From: the human T2T-CHM13v2.0 reference genome, Homo sapiens
Length of the DNA: 64,000 nucleotides
Direction: 5' to 3' (one strand)
Assembly: GCF_009914755.1 (NCBI RefSeq)
Contig: NC_060945.1
Both the position numbers and the translations under genes were made by a program. Shown here piece by piece: positions 1 to 11,891 of this stretch. The notes beneath the pieces are model-generated. The model was given only the letters and a program-made list of their open reading frames with translations. It made no database searches and was not told the origin of the DNA. Position 1 is the first letter of the stretch. Each line of letters opens with the position of its first letter.

Positions 1-52
1 AGAAGGTGGCACTGTGACGCCCAAGAGGTCAGCAATTAAGATCTGCTCAAAG

Positions 53-234
53 GCAGCAGGAATAAAGCGGGAGGGAGCACCGCGCAGGTGAAGTTCTGGG
101 GCAGGAACAAAGCGGGAGGGAGCACCGCGCAGGTGAAATTCTGGGGCAGGAACAAAGCGGGAGGGAGCATCGCGCAGGTGAAGTTCTGGGGCAGGAACAA
201 AGCGGGAGGGAGCATCGCGAAGGTGAAGTTCTGG
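53..234. repeat. 45-bp minisatellite, ~4 copies, in POFUT2 intron 2
   Basis: Unit gcaggaacaaagcgggagggagcaccgcgcaggtgaagttctggg repeated with 45-nt period. Confidence 0.95.
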
Positions 235-1632
235 TATCCTTTTTGCTCACTCATGACTGGGGGCTAAGGGCTGCGTGGCCTAAGGGCCTGAGGCCACAGC
301 TGCGGGGGCTTCTTTTAGGCTAGTGGGAGGTGGTGAAGATCCTGCACGCTGGGCGCTATGTCAGCCACATCAGGAGCTCACCGTGTGCAGTCTCTTGGCA
401 GCCTCGCCCTAGGACAGGCACCCAGTTCCTTCCCCACCTCACAGGCGAGGAAACAGCTCAGCAAAGCCCCAGGCTGGTGGATGGCAGGTAAGCGTGAGAC
501 CAGCATATGTGCCTCAGAAGCTCATTACACAGCATCTGTCTTCCCAGACCTTCCCAAGCACTTGGATGCCCAAGGCCCAGACCTGTCCGCTTCCCTGTCA
601 GGAAACCCACTGGTACCAAAGGGAGGTAAGGATAGCATCTCTGGGTTCCTATAACCCAATGTTCAGACCGAGGGCTGGCTGCTAGTTAGACCCAATACCC
701 AACCACAGCTTTCATCTTCCAGGACTCACAAGCAAATTTTAAAGTCAACTCAGGAAAGGACGCACTCCAGGAATGCTTTTTACAAGCAGCAGACTTTCTG
801 ACTTGGTATCAACAAGGATGTTGGAGGTTACCGCCTGTTGTTGCATGCCCCTAGCACTCACAAGACTGACCTTGACACAGAAAACATTTCAGAGTGACAA
901 GATCTAGGGTGCAACGAGAACCACATCCTTGAAAAATGATGACACGGGAGCCACACTCCTTGGCAGGGAGCAAAGGTCTCTAAGCCCCGAGAGTGGCTGT
1001 CGAGTAAGAACTCAACAGATGCTGGAAAGCAGGAGCCTGACTCAAAACTAACTCATTCGTCTTCAAGGCCTCTCAAGTGCAGCAGCAAAGCATCACTTAC
1101 CTTTATCTCTTCCAAACAACGCAACACAAAAAGCTCTAAATACCTTCATTCTAAGAAGAGCTTTAATTCTTCTCTTAAAATTAACTGAAAAGATGAAGCA
1201 ACACAAAATTAAACGAGACAGACCTTTATCCCTGGCGCTGCACTGAGACACCACGAAGCATACTCCACACGCAGTGCGTCTTCCTGAACGTAAAACAGCC
1301 TTTCGCACAGGGAGCCGAGTCCTGTCACTATAACACCCAGGGGTGGCCGCTTTCTTAGGGTGTAAGGGCGGCTCTAACTGAGGGAGCACAAAGCTCATCC
1401 ACTTCAGGTCCATTTCCGAGAAACATTTTGGGAAGCTCACTGCAGCGTGGGAAAGGGACTGTGCTCCTGAACGGAGGAGGTGCTGCCACAGGCCTCAGGC
1501 AGCAGCACTGGGCACTGGAGGATGCTGGTGAGGCTGGATGCAATCGTAAGCCCAACCTGATGTCTACCTTAGAAATGACTGCCTGGCCCCAGTTAAGCAA
1601 CCACGGCCTCCCAGCGTGCCGCTCGGCCTCAC

Positions 1633-1883
1633 CTGCGATGAACTGCTCATACTCGATGACAGGGATGTTTTTATTGAGACTTGGAAGATCAAAAAACTCA
1701 GACCAGGGAATCCGGACCTGGTGGATGTCAGGACTCTGCCAGTGATAGAGGCGGCCCCATGGAGGCAGGACAAGCACCCACTCCTCCGTCTTCAGCAGAG
1801 TCTTCAGGAGAGAGGCGATTCGGATATAGACATCCCTGCGCAGGTTGAAGCCTTCCGGGGGGTTGACGTCATACAGAAGATAC
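1633..1883 (-). CDS. POFUT2: POFUT2 coding exon 2 ([49 protein letters not shown]...EYEQFIA)
   Basis: Acceptor tccttctccctgctcag|G at 1883; donor GCAG|GTGAG at 1633; 251 nt; PPEGFN motif places Glu at residue 54, the known catalytic base of human POFUT2. The gene continues beyond the left edge. Confidence 0.97.
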
Positions 1884-2159
1884 CTGAGCAGGGAGAAGGA
1901 GGACCACAGGTCTCAAATGCTGAGGTTTCTGCACGGAAAACCCGACTGCTCACAAGTCTCAGCGCGTGGCCCGACTCTAGGCACTTAACAATGGTTCCTA
2001 GTTTGTGAAGGCAGTGAGTGGCCTGTTTCTCTATGACCAGTTACTTACGGAGCCTGTAAGCAGAAGCAGCAGACATGCTAACATCGTTTTAACAATTAGC
2101 AATAGTTCAACACTAAGGCAGAGGAATCCCAGTGACTGGAACCCAAGAATCAGTACCCA

Positions 2160-2597
2160 CATGGTTCTCAAACTGTTTGGTCTAAAGACCCCTTTACACT
2201 GGAAACAATGACTGACGGCTGGTTATGTGCACTATGTCTATTGATACGTCCTATGTTAGACGTTAAAGCTACAAGTATTTAATTCAGCTAAAAATAAGAA
2301 GCCATTACATGTTAACAAAAACCACATATTTAAATAAAAAATAAGTGTATTTTAAAAAATGAATTAGAAGAACTGTGATGATGTTCTTAATTTTTGCAAA
2401 TCTCTTTTGGGTTTGGTGACAGCTGGATTCCCATACCCGTTTCTGCATTCAATCTGTTGTGACATCACAGATCAAGTGGTTTCTAGGAAAACTCCACAGT
2501 GCATTCATGAGAAGTGAAAAAGGCGTATAATACTCTGGTACTACTATTAAAACGGCTACAAAAGCTCAGAGATCCAGGACACACTTTAAGATCACTG
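2160..2597. mobile_element. hAT-Charlie DNA transposon relic (Charlie4a-like)
   Basis: Ends atggttctcaaactgtttggtc... and ...cacactttaagatcactg resemble Charlie TIRs; internal gacagctggattc/ctgcattcaatctgttg matches recalled consensus. Confidence 0.7.
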
Positions 2598-3099
2598 CCC
2601 TAGAGGAAGGACACAAAGCGCCCCAAGGCACAGACAAGTCCCCAAGGCACAGACAAGTCCCCAAGGGCTACAGAAACCCTGTCCCTGGCGCTCTCCTTTC
2701 CCTGCTCTGCGCTGGTTTTCCATACTCCCATCGTCGCGAGTGAAGCTGCGTGCAGCGCCCAGGCCTGCGAACGCCACGAGGGGCCGTGCACACCTCTGCG
2801 TCCAGGCCCCTCCCGGGGTCCGCTTGGAGATCCCACAGCCACAGGGCGGCCGCGAAGCTCGTCTTGGCCCTGAGAATTCACTGCGGAGCGCCCGCCCGGC
2901 ACTGACTCCCGGCTCCGCACACCCAGGCCTGGACCCGTGTCACTTGCAGGGGCCTCCGGAGCCAGCCCACGCTCAGCCTGAGCAACCCGGCCCCCTTCCT
3001 GGGCTCCCGAGGCTGCGCCCCGGGCCTCGCAGACGACCCCGCCTGCAGACCCGGGCCGCAGTGACGCAGCCTCGACTACAGCCAACCCGCTGGCCCGAC

Positions 3100-3655
3100 C
3101 CTGCCCCCAGCCCCCGCCCCATCCCATCCCCCAGACTCCAGCCCGGCCCCGGCCCCTGCCCCTGCCCCTGCCCCTGTCCCGTCCCCGTCCCATCCTTCTT
3201 GGCCCCGGCTCCCGCCCCGCCCCCATCCCATCCCTCGGGCCCCCGTTCCTGCCCCCATCCCATCCCACCCCTCCTGGCCCTAGCCCCTGCCCCGCCCCCA
3301 TCCCATCCCATCACCCTGGCCCCTGCCCCGCCCCCATCCCATCCCATCGCCCTGATCCCTGCCCCGCCCCCATCCCATCCCTCCTGGCCCCTGCCCCCTG
3401 CCCCTAGACCATCACCCTGGCCCCTTACTCCGCCACATTCCTTGCCCCAGAACCCTGACCCCATCCCATTCCCCTGACCCCTGCCCCCTGACCCCGCTCC
3501 ATCCCATCCCCCTGGCCCCTGCCCCATAACTCCGCTCCATTCCATCTCCCTGGCCCCGGACCACCCTCCATCCCGTGGGCCTGCCCCTGACCCCATCCCA
3601 TCTCCCTGGCCCCTGACCCCGCCCCGCCCCCATCCCATCCTCTGACCCTGCCCGG
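3100..3655. repeat. C-rich degenerate tandem repeat (~35-bp units) in POFUT2 intron 1
   Basis: Repeated ccctggcccctgccccgcccccatcccatcc. Confidence 0.85.
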
Positions 3656-3695
3656 TCCTGGAACCCCAGCGTTGGCACCGTGGACGCGCGTTTAC

Positions 3696-3826
3696 CGTCT
3701 GCGGGAAGCCGCCCCCGACAGAATATCGGCCGCCGATTGTCCGGGCCAGAACTCCTGGCCGGAGGCAGAAGCCGGAGGCCAGGACACTGCCCCCAGCAGC
3801 AGGAAGACGAAGCTGAGTGTCGCCAT
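3696..3826 (-). CDS. POFUT2: POFUT2 coding exon 1 (signal peptide; [43 protein letters not shown]...)
   Basis: ATG at 3826-3824 in strong Kozak context (GGGGCCATGG); hydrophobic signal peptide; donor CG|GTAAAC after 3696; 131 nt, phase 2, joins exon 2 in frame. Confidence 0.97.
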
Positions 3827-4869
3827 GGCCCCGGGCGGCCACGCACTTCCGGCGGCCGCGCCCCGCCCCGGAACCACGCCCCGCCCCCGTGAAATGCGTT
3901 CCCAGTAGCCACGGCAACGCCCAGCTCCGCCCTCCCGGCGCATGCGTTATGCGCCATCACCGGCAAGCAGGGGCGGGAGGGGGAACTGCGCGTGCGCAGA
4001 GTCTCCGCCCTCCTGACCGCAGCGGCTAGAGGTTCCATTGCAGACCCGGAGGCCGTGGCTGTGGTTCGCGGCGGTGCTGTCGCGGGCGCCCTGGCGCAGC
4101 CCACGCAGGGGCTCCTGAGGGTCCGCGAGGCCGGGAGGTCCGGGGGTCGGGAGGTCCCGGGGTCGGGAAGTCGGTGGACCCTGCAGGCCAGTGGGGAGGG
4201 TACGCGAGACTGGGGGCCGGGAGGGCTGACGGCTGGTGGCGCGGGGCGGGTCCGTGGGGAGGAGGCCCGGGGCTGGTAGGGGCGGGAGGGCTGGACGGCG
4301 GGGGCGGGGCGGAGGAGGGGGTCCGTAGACGGGGTCGGCGCCGGGTGCTCTCGCCCCTCTGGAGCTGGGGTCGGGGCGGGAGCCGCGCATGAGAGCCTGG
4401 GTTTCTAGTCGGGGGGCGCCGTCGAGCTCCACACCTGCGGCCTCCTGGGTGCCCCCAACCCTGGAGCCCCGGCGAGGGGGCACCCGGGCTGAGGCCTGGC
4501 CCTCCAAGGAGCCCTGGAGGGACTGTGCTGCTAGGGCGCGGGGCTCGATGGGGTGATCTGGAGACCTGGGGGGATCCGGGGCTGCCGCCCCTGCGCTGCC
4601 AACCTCCCACCCCGCCCCTTCTGCGAGGCGTTATTAAAGGTCTGGTTTCGGGAGCCAGGTGCGTGCCCGCCGCCGCCGCTCCCCGCAGCCTCCAGGCAGC
4701 TCCCGCTGTTCCCCGAGGGCACCAGCACTGGCCGACCGACCTGGCTTGGGGCGCGGCGCTGGCAAACCCGGCCTTCTGAGGGGACGCCACGCTGACTCTA
4801 GTGCAGGCAGCCCCCAAAACGGTATAATTGGACGAATTTCTTGAAGGATGCCAGTTACCAAAAAAGAAA

Positions 4870-5160
4870 ATACTAATGCTTATTATCTGTTAAATTTGAG
4901 ATCAATTTGTTATCAAATTTTCTCACACAGAAAATTCCAGGCCCAGAGGGCCAAGCTGGTGAATCCTACTTAGAGAAGAAATAATAGGAATCCAGCCACT
5001 CAGACGATGGACGAGGAGGGGCACTTCCCTGCTCGATGTATGGGCCAGCATTGCCTTGATAGCAAAGTCAGACATCACCAGACAGTAGAACCACAGACCA
5101 ATGTCTTTCATGAACCAAGACACAGCATTTAAAAAAATTAGCAAATGGAATTTATATCTG
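4870..5160 (+). mobile_element. Old L1M ORF2 fragment
   Basis: aaaattccaggcccaga...ggtgaatcctac...accacagaccaatgtctttcatgaac resembles L1 RT-region consensus. Confidence 0.7.
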
Positions 5161-5165
5161 CCTAT

Positions 5166-6005
5166 TGTTTACAAAAAAAGCCAAACTTTGTAAAATACTT
5201 GAAGAGATTTATTCTGAGCCAAATATGACCCATGACACAGCCTCAGGACGTCCTGAGAACTTGGCCCAAGGCGGTTGTTTTACTGCTTGGTTTTATTCAT
5301 TTCAGGGAGACATAAGACATCAGTCAGTACATGTGAGGTGTGCATTGGATTGATCCAGAAAGTCAGGACGACTCCAAGTGGAAAGGCCTCCAGGTAATAG
5401 GTGGATTCAAAGATGTTTCTGATTGGCAGTTGGTTGAAAGAAGTTACTATCTGAAGGCTTGGAATCAATAGAAAGGAGTGTCTGGGTTAAGAGAAGGGGC
5501 TGTGGAGACCGAGGTCCTTATTATGTGGATGAAATCTCATAGGTGTCCGCCCTCAGAGGCAATACATGGCAAATGTTTCCTATTCAGACCTTCAAAAGGC
5601 ACTAGACTCTCAGCCAGTCTCCTCAGGATCAGAAAAAGAGCTGGAAAGGGAAGGGGAGTCTACAGAATATGAATTTCCCCACAAGACACCGCTTTGCGGG
5701 GCCATTTCAAAATTTGTCAAAGAGATATATTTTGGGGTAAAATACATTGATACTTTGAGGGCCTGTTGTCACGTGATGCTATACCAGCGTCAGATTGGAA
5801 CTTGGTGTCTTGCTGCTATGGAGTCTGCTGTCAGTCTGGTCAGCTGCACCTGAACTCCAAAGGGAGGTGGGTATAATGAGCCATGTCCAATCCCCGTCCC
5901 TTCCTGGCCTGAGCTCATTTTTCAGGTTCTTCAGAATCCCCCTGGTGGAGATGAGGGATCCGTTCAGTGGGTTGGGGAAGCTTAGAGTTTTATTTTTGAT
6001 TTACA
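5166..6005 (-). mobile_element. ERV1 MER4-group solo LTR (MER4B/D-like)
   Basis: TG...CA termini; minus strand begins TGTAAATCAAAAATAAAACTCTAAGC; 4-bp TSD CTAT at 5162-5165 and 6006-6009. Confidence 0.85.
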
Positions 6006-6109
6006 CTATGTGAAGCAGAAATTAAAATACTGTAACCCTGATAGGGTTATTTTAAAGCTGCAGGAATCAAGGCAGGTTGCCGTGGGTAAGAGGATAGACA
6101 GGCAGGTCA

Positions 6110-6463
6110 TGTAGCAGGACGAGCTGCGGACAAAACCCCTCAGACACCAGGTTAAGGAAGGATTTGGCTTTATTCGGCCGGGAGCTTCGGCAGACTCGCG
6201 TCTCAAGAACCGAGCTCCCCGAAAACAGAGTTCCTGGCCCTTTTAAGGGCTTACACCTCTAAGGGGTCCACGTGAAAGGGTCGTGATAGATTGAGATCAC
6301 ATGTGGTTAGAGTGGGAGGGGGGGGTAATCTTTTAACCTCAGGCCTGGTCATCGGTGGCACCGGCTGGTCTTGCTGCTGACTTCATTCCTGTTGTTTTTC
6401 AACTTTTACTTCATCCTTCTCTTCAGAGACAGGAGACAGTAAAAGAAATGGCCTCTCTCCTCT
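6110..6463 (-). mobile_element. ERV1 solo LTR (MER61-like)
   Basis: tgtagcaggacgag...cagacacc...ctttattcggccggg; 4-bp TSD GTCA at 6106-6109 and 6464-6467. Confidence 0.8.
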
Positions 6464-6559
6464 GTCAGAGTGGAGTCCCGAGCTCCCAGAAATGCCACAT
6501 GATGGACAAACGCTTGGGGGAAAAAAAAAAAAAGGAGACCTCAGTCGGACACAAAAGCA

Positions 6560-6990
6560 GGAGCTTTAAAAGAAAAAATAAGAGATAAGTTGAACTTCAC
6601 CAAAAAATAAGCGTTTCTGGTCTTTGAAAGACACTTAAAATGAAAAGGCAAGCCATCGATGGGGAAAATACTCAGAATAATGGATCTGACAGAGGGCTGT
6701 ATCTAGAATATATGAAGATATTTTAAAATCCAGTAATTTGACATAAAGATGGTAGCCAGCCTGACACACAAAGGAACCCGAATGGCCAATGGACAGGAAG
6801 GGAACCCGTATGGCCGATGGACAGAAAGGGAAGTGAACGTGAACATCTCATTGGGGATGCCGTTATCACCACTGGAATAGTCAAAAACATGGACACCAAG
6901 TATTGGTGGGTGAGTGGAATGGCGGGAACCCACATACACGGTCGATGGGAGCTGCACCCTTTGGAAATCATTTCACAGTTTGTGCTCCAT
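6560..6990 (+). mobile_element. Old L1M ORF2 3' fragment
   Basis: aaaatgaaaaggcaagcc...tctgacagagggctgtatctagaatatatgaag L1 signature. Confidence 0.65.
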
Positions 6991-7640
6991 CCTGGCCAAA
7001 CCCACAGCTGGAGTCTTTCCAAAAACAGTGACGGGAGTTTCCACCAGGGAGTGCCTCAAACCATCCCGAGATGGGGCTGGTTGGGATTCCAGGGAGAGGC
7101 ACTCGTTGCCAGGGTGATCCGTCCAGAGCACTTCCTAGGGGATCTGGCATAAGGAGGGCTGCAGTGTATCCTCAGGACAGATAGGACAGATAGTGTATCT
7201 TTGGGACAGACGGCAAGATGGGGATTCCACCCAGGTCTGTCTGCAGCGAGTTGATATGAGAGTTTAAGGAATTTGGACCAGGGCTGCTTTGTTTCAGGGT
7301 TTTGGGCAATGACCTAAACACCTTTATCAGTGCCTGGGAATGCTCAAGGCCCAGCTTGAGTTCAGGCCTGCAGGGAAAACCTGCAACTGGCCGGGCCGCA
7401 GAGTGGTCAGGGCACGGAAAGCCAGAAGCTGGGGACACACCTGCTGTATGATCCAGCCGTTCGTCTTTACCTGGGAGAAATGGCACCACCTGGCTGAACA
7501 TAACTTCTTACACACCCGTGAGTCCTCCTGGACAGGTGCTGTGACCTCGTGCAGCCTTGGGGACCCTGACACTCCCACGGACAGGCCAAGGGGTTTGCCT
7601 GGGCCCTGTGGGCACAGAGTCCCTTGAGATGGGTTTCCCT

Positions 7641-7795
7641 ATGCAGCCCCCCACCCCCCACCGGGGACCCATGGCACTGCAGCCCTCACCCCCCCTCTAG
7701 GGACCCACAACACTGCAGCCCTCGCCCCCCTCCGGGGTCCCACAGCACTGCAGCCCTCGCCCCCCATCGGGGACCCACAGCACTGCAGCCACGCC
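7641..7795. repeat. ~35-bp minisatellite, ~4.5 copies
   Basis: cactgcagcc recurs at 7675, 7711, 7746, 7781. Confidence 0.9.
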
Positions 7796-10700
7796 CAGGC
7801 CACCGCCTCCAAACACAGGGCCGCTGCTGTTTCTGTGAACAGATACTTCTTGCAGATGTCAATGGTTAATGGATGGGGAGGTGACCGCCCAAGCAGAAGC
7901 CGACCCTCTTCATGAAGGGGCCACAGGTCACCCCGAAGCAGAAATCCATAGAACAGCCAAGGCCACAGCGGAACCGAGCAGGCCACGCCTCTGCCTCTGG
8001 GCCGCTCAGGGCCAGGCCTCCCTGACCCCACTGGCTCTATTGTGAGGACTCAGGGTGGAGCTCTGCTGGGCTCAGTGGCCTTCACAGCCGGGGTCCACAG
8101 ACCCGGGTCCTACGGGCAGTACTGTGCTCACCTAGAGGCCACGGTCCATGCCCTGTCTCCAGCAGGCCCAAGTCACTTGTCCATGGCGAAGGCCCGGCCT
8201 TGCTTCAGGCCCCGGGCGCGCTCCCCCTGCTCCCCCTGCCCACCGTTTCTTCCCAGGTGACAGAGGCGGGAGAGCAGGCGAGCCACGTGCCGGGCGCCGC
8301 AGCAGGGGGCACTCCAGGCTGGCGCCCCTCTGCCTCTCTGTGGGCTCTGACCTTTCTTCTCCCCGCCTGGGCAGCCTCCTTCAGGTTGGGGAGTCTTTTG
8401 TTGACCCCTGGATTAAAGTCCTAATCAGGAATGACCCGGAAGAGGTCTTATGAGGCTTTCCTCAAGAGAAGAAAATCTGTCCCTGAGTATCAGGAAGTGG
8501 CCCCTTTCCCTGCACCGCAGTCTTCTGTGACCAGCGGCTCACACAGCGAAGGAGGGGCTGGCGGCCCCCACAGGCCACTGCCCCGAGGCCGCCACGAGAG
8601 GGCAGGAGAGCCCTTCCTGGGAGCTCTGTGCCACGGGGAAACGCAGCCCCGCCAAGCACAGCATGGATGTTTCCAGCAGGGAATGAAGAGAGAGGCCCCA
8701 GCACATGAGAGAAGAGCACACTGGGCGGCCCCTGTCGGAGCCTCTCCTGTCCCCAGCGACCCCTGAGAGCAGGCCCTGGGCCTCTGCGGCCCCTCCCGGA
8801 GCCACTCTTCAACTGCTGACCTGCTCCCAGCTCTTCTGTGCCCTGCCCAGCTCCCTGCAAAACCTCACCTGAGGGGAAGGAGGCCCTGTTTGGGCTCAGA
8901 CGCAGCAGGTGCAGCTTGTGGTCCTGGGGCCACACCTGTTAGAGCCCATCCTTCTACCCCTGCTGGGCCCTGAGTGTCGTCCGTCCCCACAGAACTCAGC
9001 AGGGTCAGGTCTGGGCACTCCAGGCCGCCAGCCCCCTGAGTGAGCCCTGGGCCCGAGGTAGTTGTGGGTCACAGGCACCCCAGCCAGAACACCCACAGTG
9101 GGTAGATGTGTGGGGACCGGATGTGGGTCCTTTCCTGAGAGACGTGCAGATGGGGAGAGGCTGGGCAGTTCTCAGCACAGCTGGAGCATCTACCTGTCAC
9201 CACCTCGGAGCCTCCTGGCCCCGTGGGGGCGGCCCTGGGAGCAGGGTCGGCAGTGAAGAGCAGAGAAAGGCAGTTGGGGATGTTGCCACTGTCCCCCGAG
9301 ACCACCCTGCCATGGAGACGAGGGAGCTGTCCCTTCGCGGAAGGGGGCTGGCCAGCAAGAAGGACAGAGAGTGGACTGGCCGAGGACCGCTGAGCTCAGG
9401 ACCCAAGGAGGACTCTTCTAGGAGACGAGAGAGCGAACGCCAGGGACCCTGTGCAGGCCTGCTCCTCCGTTTGCAAGGTGAGTTACCAGGTTCACGTGTT
9501 TGGAGTTTCTGGACTCATTGCGGAGTTCCACCCCTGCACGTTGCGGTTCCCCAGTAATCAAATCCTGGCTTTTGTGCCTGGAAGTGCACAGGGAGGGGAC
9601 AACTTTGTGAGTCAGTGGCAGGGCAGGGAGTTCTGGTTCTCCAGAGCCAGAGGCCGTGCTCAGAAGGATTTCTTAGCAGGAGCCTTGGGGCCCCCAGTCA
9701 ACACTTCCCTACGGACAGCCTGGCCAGCTCTGTGCACGGAGCAGGCGCCCGAGGGTCCCAGGTCACCAAGTGACCAAGTCGTGAAGGCGCCCAGGGTTTC
9801 CTGGGGGTGCGCTGATCCCAAGGAAGCCACGTGTGGTCAGCATGGGGGAGGGGACCAGCGCCCCGGGGGGCCTGCAGCACAGCAGGGCCTGCCCTCCTGG
9901 GTGAGACTGGCCGGTGCCTGTGGGGATCTGGGGGGCTACAGTCAGGGCTCTGTGCTCCCGAGGGCCACGCCAGCCCACCTGCCCTGGAACAGAACCCGAG
10001 GCTTCTGCCTAGGGGAGTACCTGGGCACCTGCCTCCTGTGCTGCCCTGGACACATCCCAGCGGCTGCACATAGGGGAGGCACAGCCTGGGCTCAGGGCCA
10101 GGGTCCACTCTGTGGGGATACTAGACCCGGGGGTGACAATGCCAGCTCAGAACTTCCCCCCACACCTGGGCTCCTCCAGCCTGGCCTTTCCTGGGGAAGG
10201 GAGGGCCTGTCCTTCCTCAGCACTGTGGGAGGGAGGCAAGGCCTGCGGTTGAAGCGTCCCCAACACGGGGCTCCAGGAGAGAAAGCACCACATCTCAGGG
10301 AATGAAAACAGAGACGGGGCCGCCCAGTGCACTCGGTGGCTCGGAAATCATTAAAGAATGTTCTGAGCCCCCGATTTTGGCTGTAAAAGGGACTGGCCGG
10401 CTTGTGACCGCTCCCCTGTCTGTGCCTTGAGACGGGAGTGTTCAGCGTTGGGGGCAGCTTTCCCTCCAAGAGGAGCTTCACAAACATCCGCTCTCTGCGG
10501 GGCCGCCTCTCCGTGGCCTGGGGCCGCTGTCGGAGGAAGGCTCTCCAGCTGCCGTCATCTGGGAAACGTGGGGGGCGAGCAGGGGTCACGGATGGGGCTC
10601 ACTGGGGACTGTGAGAATCTGTCCCGCAGGACTTTCTGGGATGGAAACGCTGGCAGAGGTGAAGCCTGCGTCATGTGCTTTACTGAACCCGGCTGCTTAT

Positions 10701-11029
10701 TTATGTTCGGAGGGCTGGTTTCAAGGACTCCACGTCTCCCTCTCCAATGATAGCGTCAGCGGAAATGCAGACGGGGACGGGGCTGCTGGGTTTCCTCCCT
10801 GGAATGAAGCACAGCCGGAGGTTTTGCTGATTCACCAGCAGGCCCTGACCGCTGAGTTCAGGGTAACAAATCCACATGGATCCTGAGCCCGCATAGCTCC
10901 CTGGGCCTCAGCATAAACATCGTAAACCTCCGGGCCCTGGCAGTGTCTGTTTCATCCCCTCCAGAGCAAGTGCAAGTGTGAGATTTAGAGATTCTAAGAG
11001 GGGAAGGGCCAGAGGTCTTGAAAACGACC

Positions 11030-11135
11030 TTCATTCGTTCATTCATTCGAGAAGTTTGCGAGGGCCTCCGTGTCCTGCGTTTAGTGGGGCCTAGGACGCA
11101 GATGTGAAGGGCGCTGCTCTCAGGAGCAGACAGAG
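11030..11135 (-). mobile_element. L2 3'-end relic
   Basis: ttcattcgttcattcattc followed by a degenerate L2 tail. Confidence 0.45.
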
Positions 11136-11647
11136 GTGGGGATGAATCAGTACACGCCCACCTCGGGCCCACAGGGGAGGATGCGCGGAGCTGTGGGTGT
11201 GGGGAGGAGACCCCTCTGCGTCATGCTGACGGTGTCGGCAGAGTCGCCAGCTTCTGCAGGAGCGGTACCTGTGGGTTCTTCTGTGACTTGTTTAACCGCA
11301 TCTTTTGCCCAGTAGTTAGTCTTTTCCTGTTGGGACACCATGTTGGTAGTTTGGAAATGGTTTCTTCCATCCATTGCCTGCCTTTTAGCTTTGTCGATGG
11401 TGTTCTGTTGTAAATTTTGGTGCACGTTTAATGTGAACAATGGTTATGAGACGAGTGCCATGAGTTCCTGTGTGCCTGTCACCCAGCCCGGCCACAAGAG
11501 GTGCTGGGGGCAGTGTCCACACCCCCCTTTCTTAGGACGCCTGAGTCTCAGATGTGACTTATAGGGTATTTCTTATGGCAAGACGGTTAAAACAAACTTC
11601 AGCGTCTCGTCTGTCCTTCTATGGCTGTGGCTTCTGATGTTCTAATG

Positions 11648-11891
11648 GCGTTCTCGTCAGCCGGGGCTGAGAACAAAATAACATAGACTGTGGGGCTTAA
11701 ACAGCAGAAACTTACTTCCCACGGTTCTGGAGGTTGGGAGTCTTGGATCACCGTGTAGCATGGTCAGGTTCCTGGTGAGGGTGGGATTCCTGGCTAACGT
11801 AACGAAGGCTCCCTCTCCTGATACCGTGTCACTGGGGGTGAGGCTTCAACACAGGAATTTTGGGGGGACACATCAGCATTCACTCCATCAC
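11648..11891 (-). mobile_element. MaLR LTR (MLT1A/MST-like), internally deleted
   Basis: ggcttaaacagcagaaacttacttcccacggttctggagg...ggggacacatcagcattcactccatcaca. Confidence 0.75.

Larger units (their letters stand above)
2720..4800. promoter_or_regulatory. CpG island / bidirectional promoter for POFUT2 and a divergent transcript
   Basis: Very high GC and CpG; GC boxes (3861-3869, 3970-3977); NRF1-type GCGCATGCG 3938-3946 and TGCGCGTGCGCA 3987-3998; RFX X-box GTAGCCACGGCAAC 3905-3918; no TATA box. Confidence 0.9.

Noticed and set aside
1355-1777. 140-aa ORF as an independent gene
   Set aside because: It is POFUT2 exon 2 reading through its donor into the intron
6995-7330. Possible ERVL-type LTR fragment
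   Set aside because: Family and boundaries could not be assigned confidently
9451-10589. 284-aa (+) and 165-aa (-) ORFs in the presumed lncRNA
   Set aside because: Non-ATG starts, GC-driven composition, no recognisable domain
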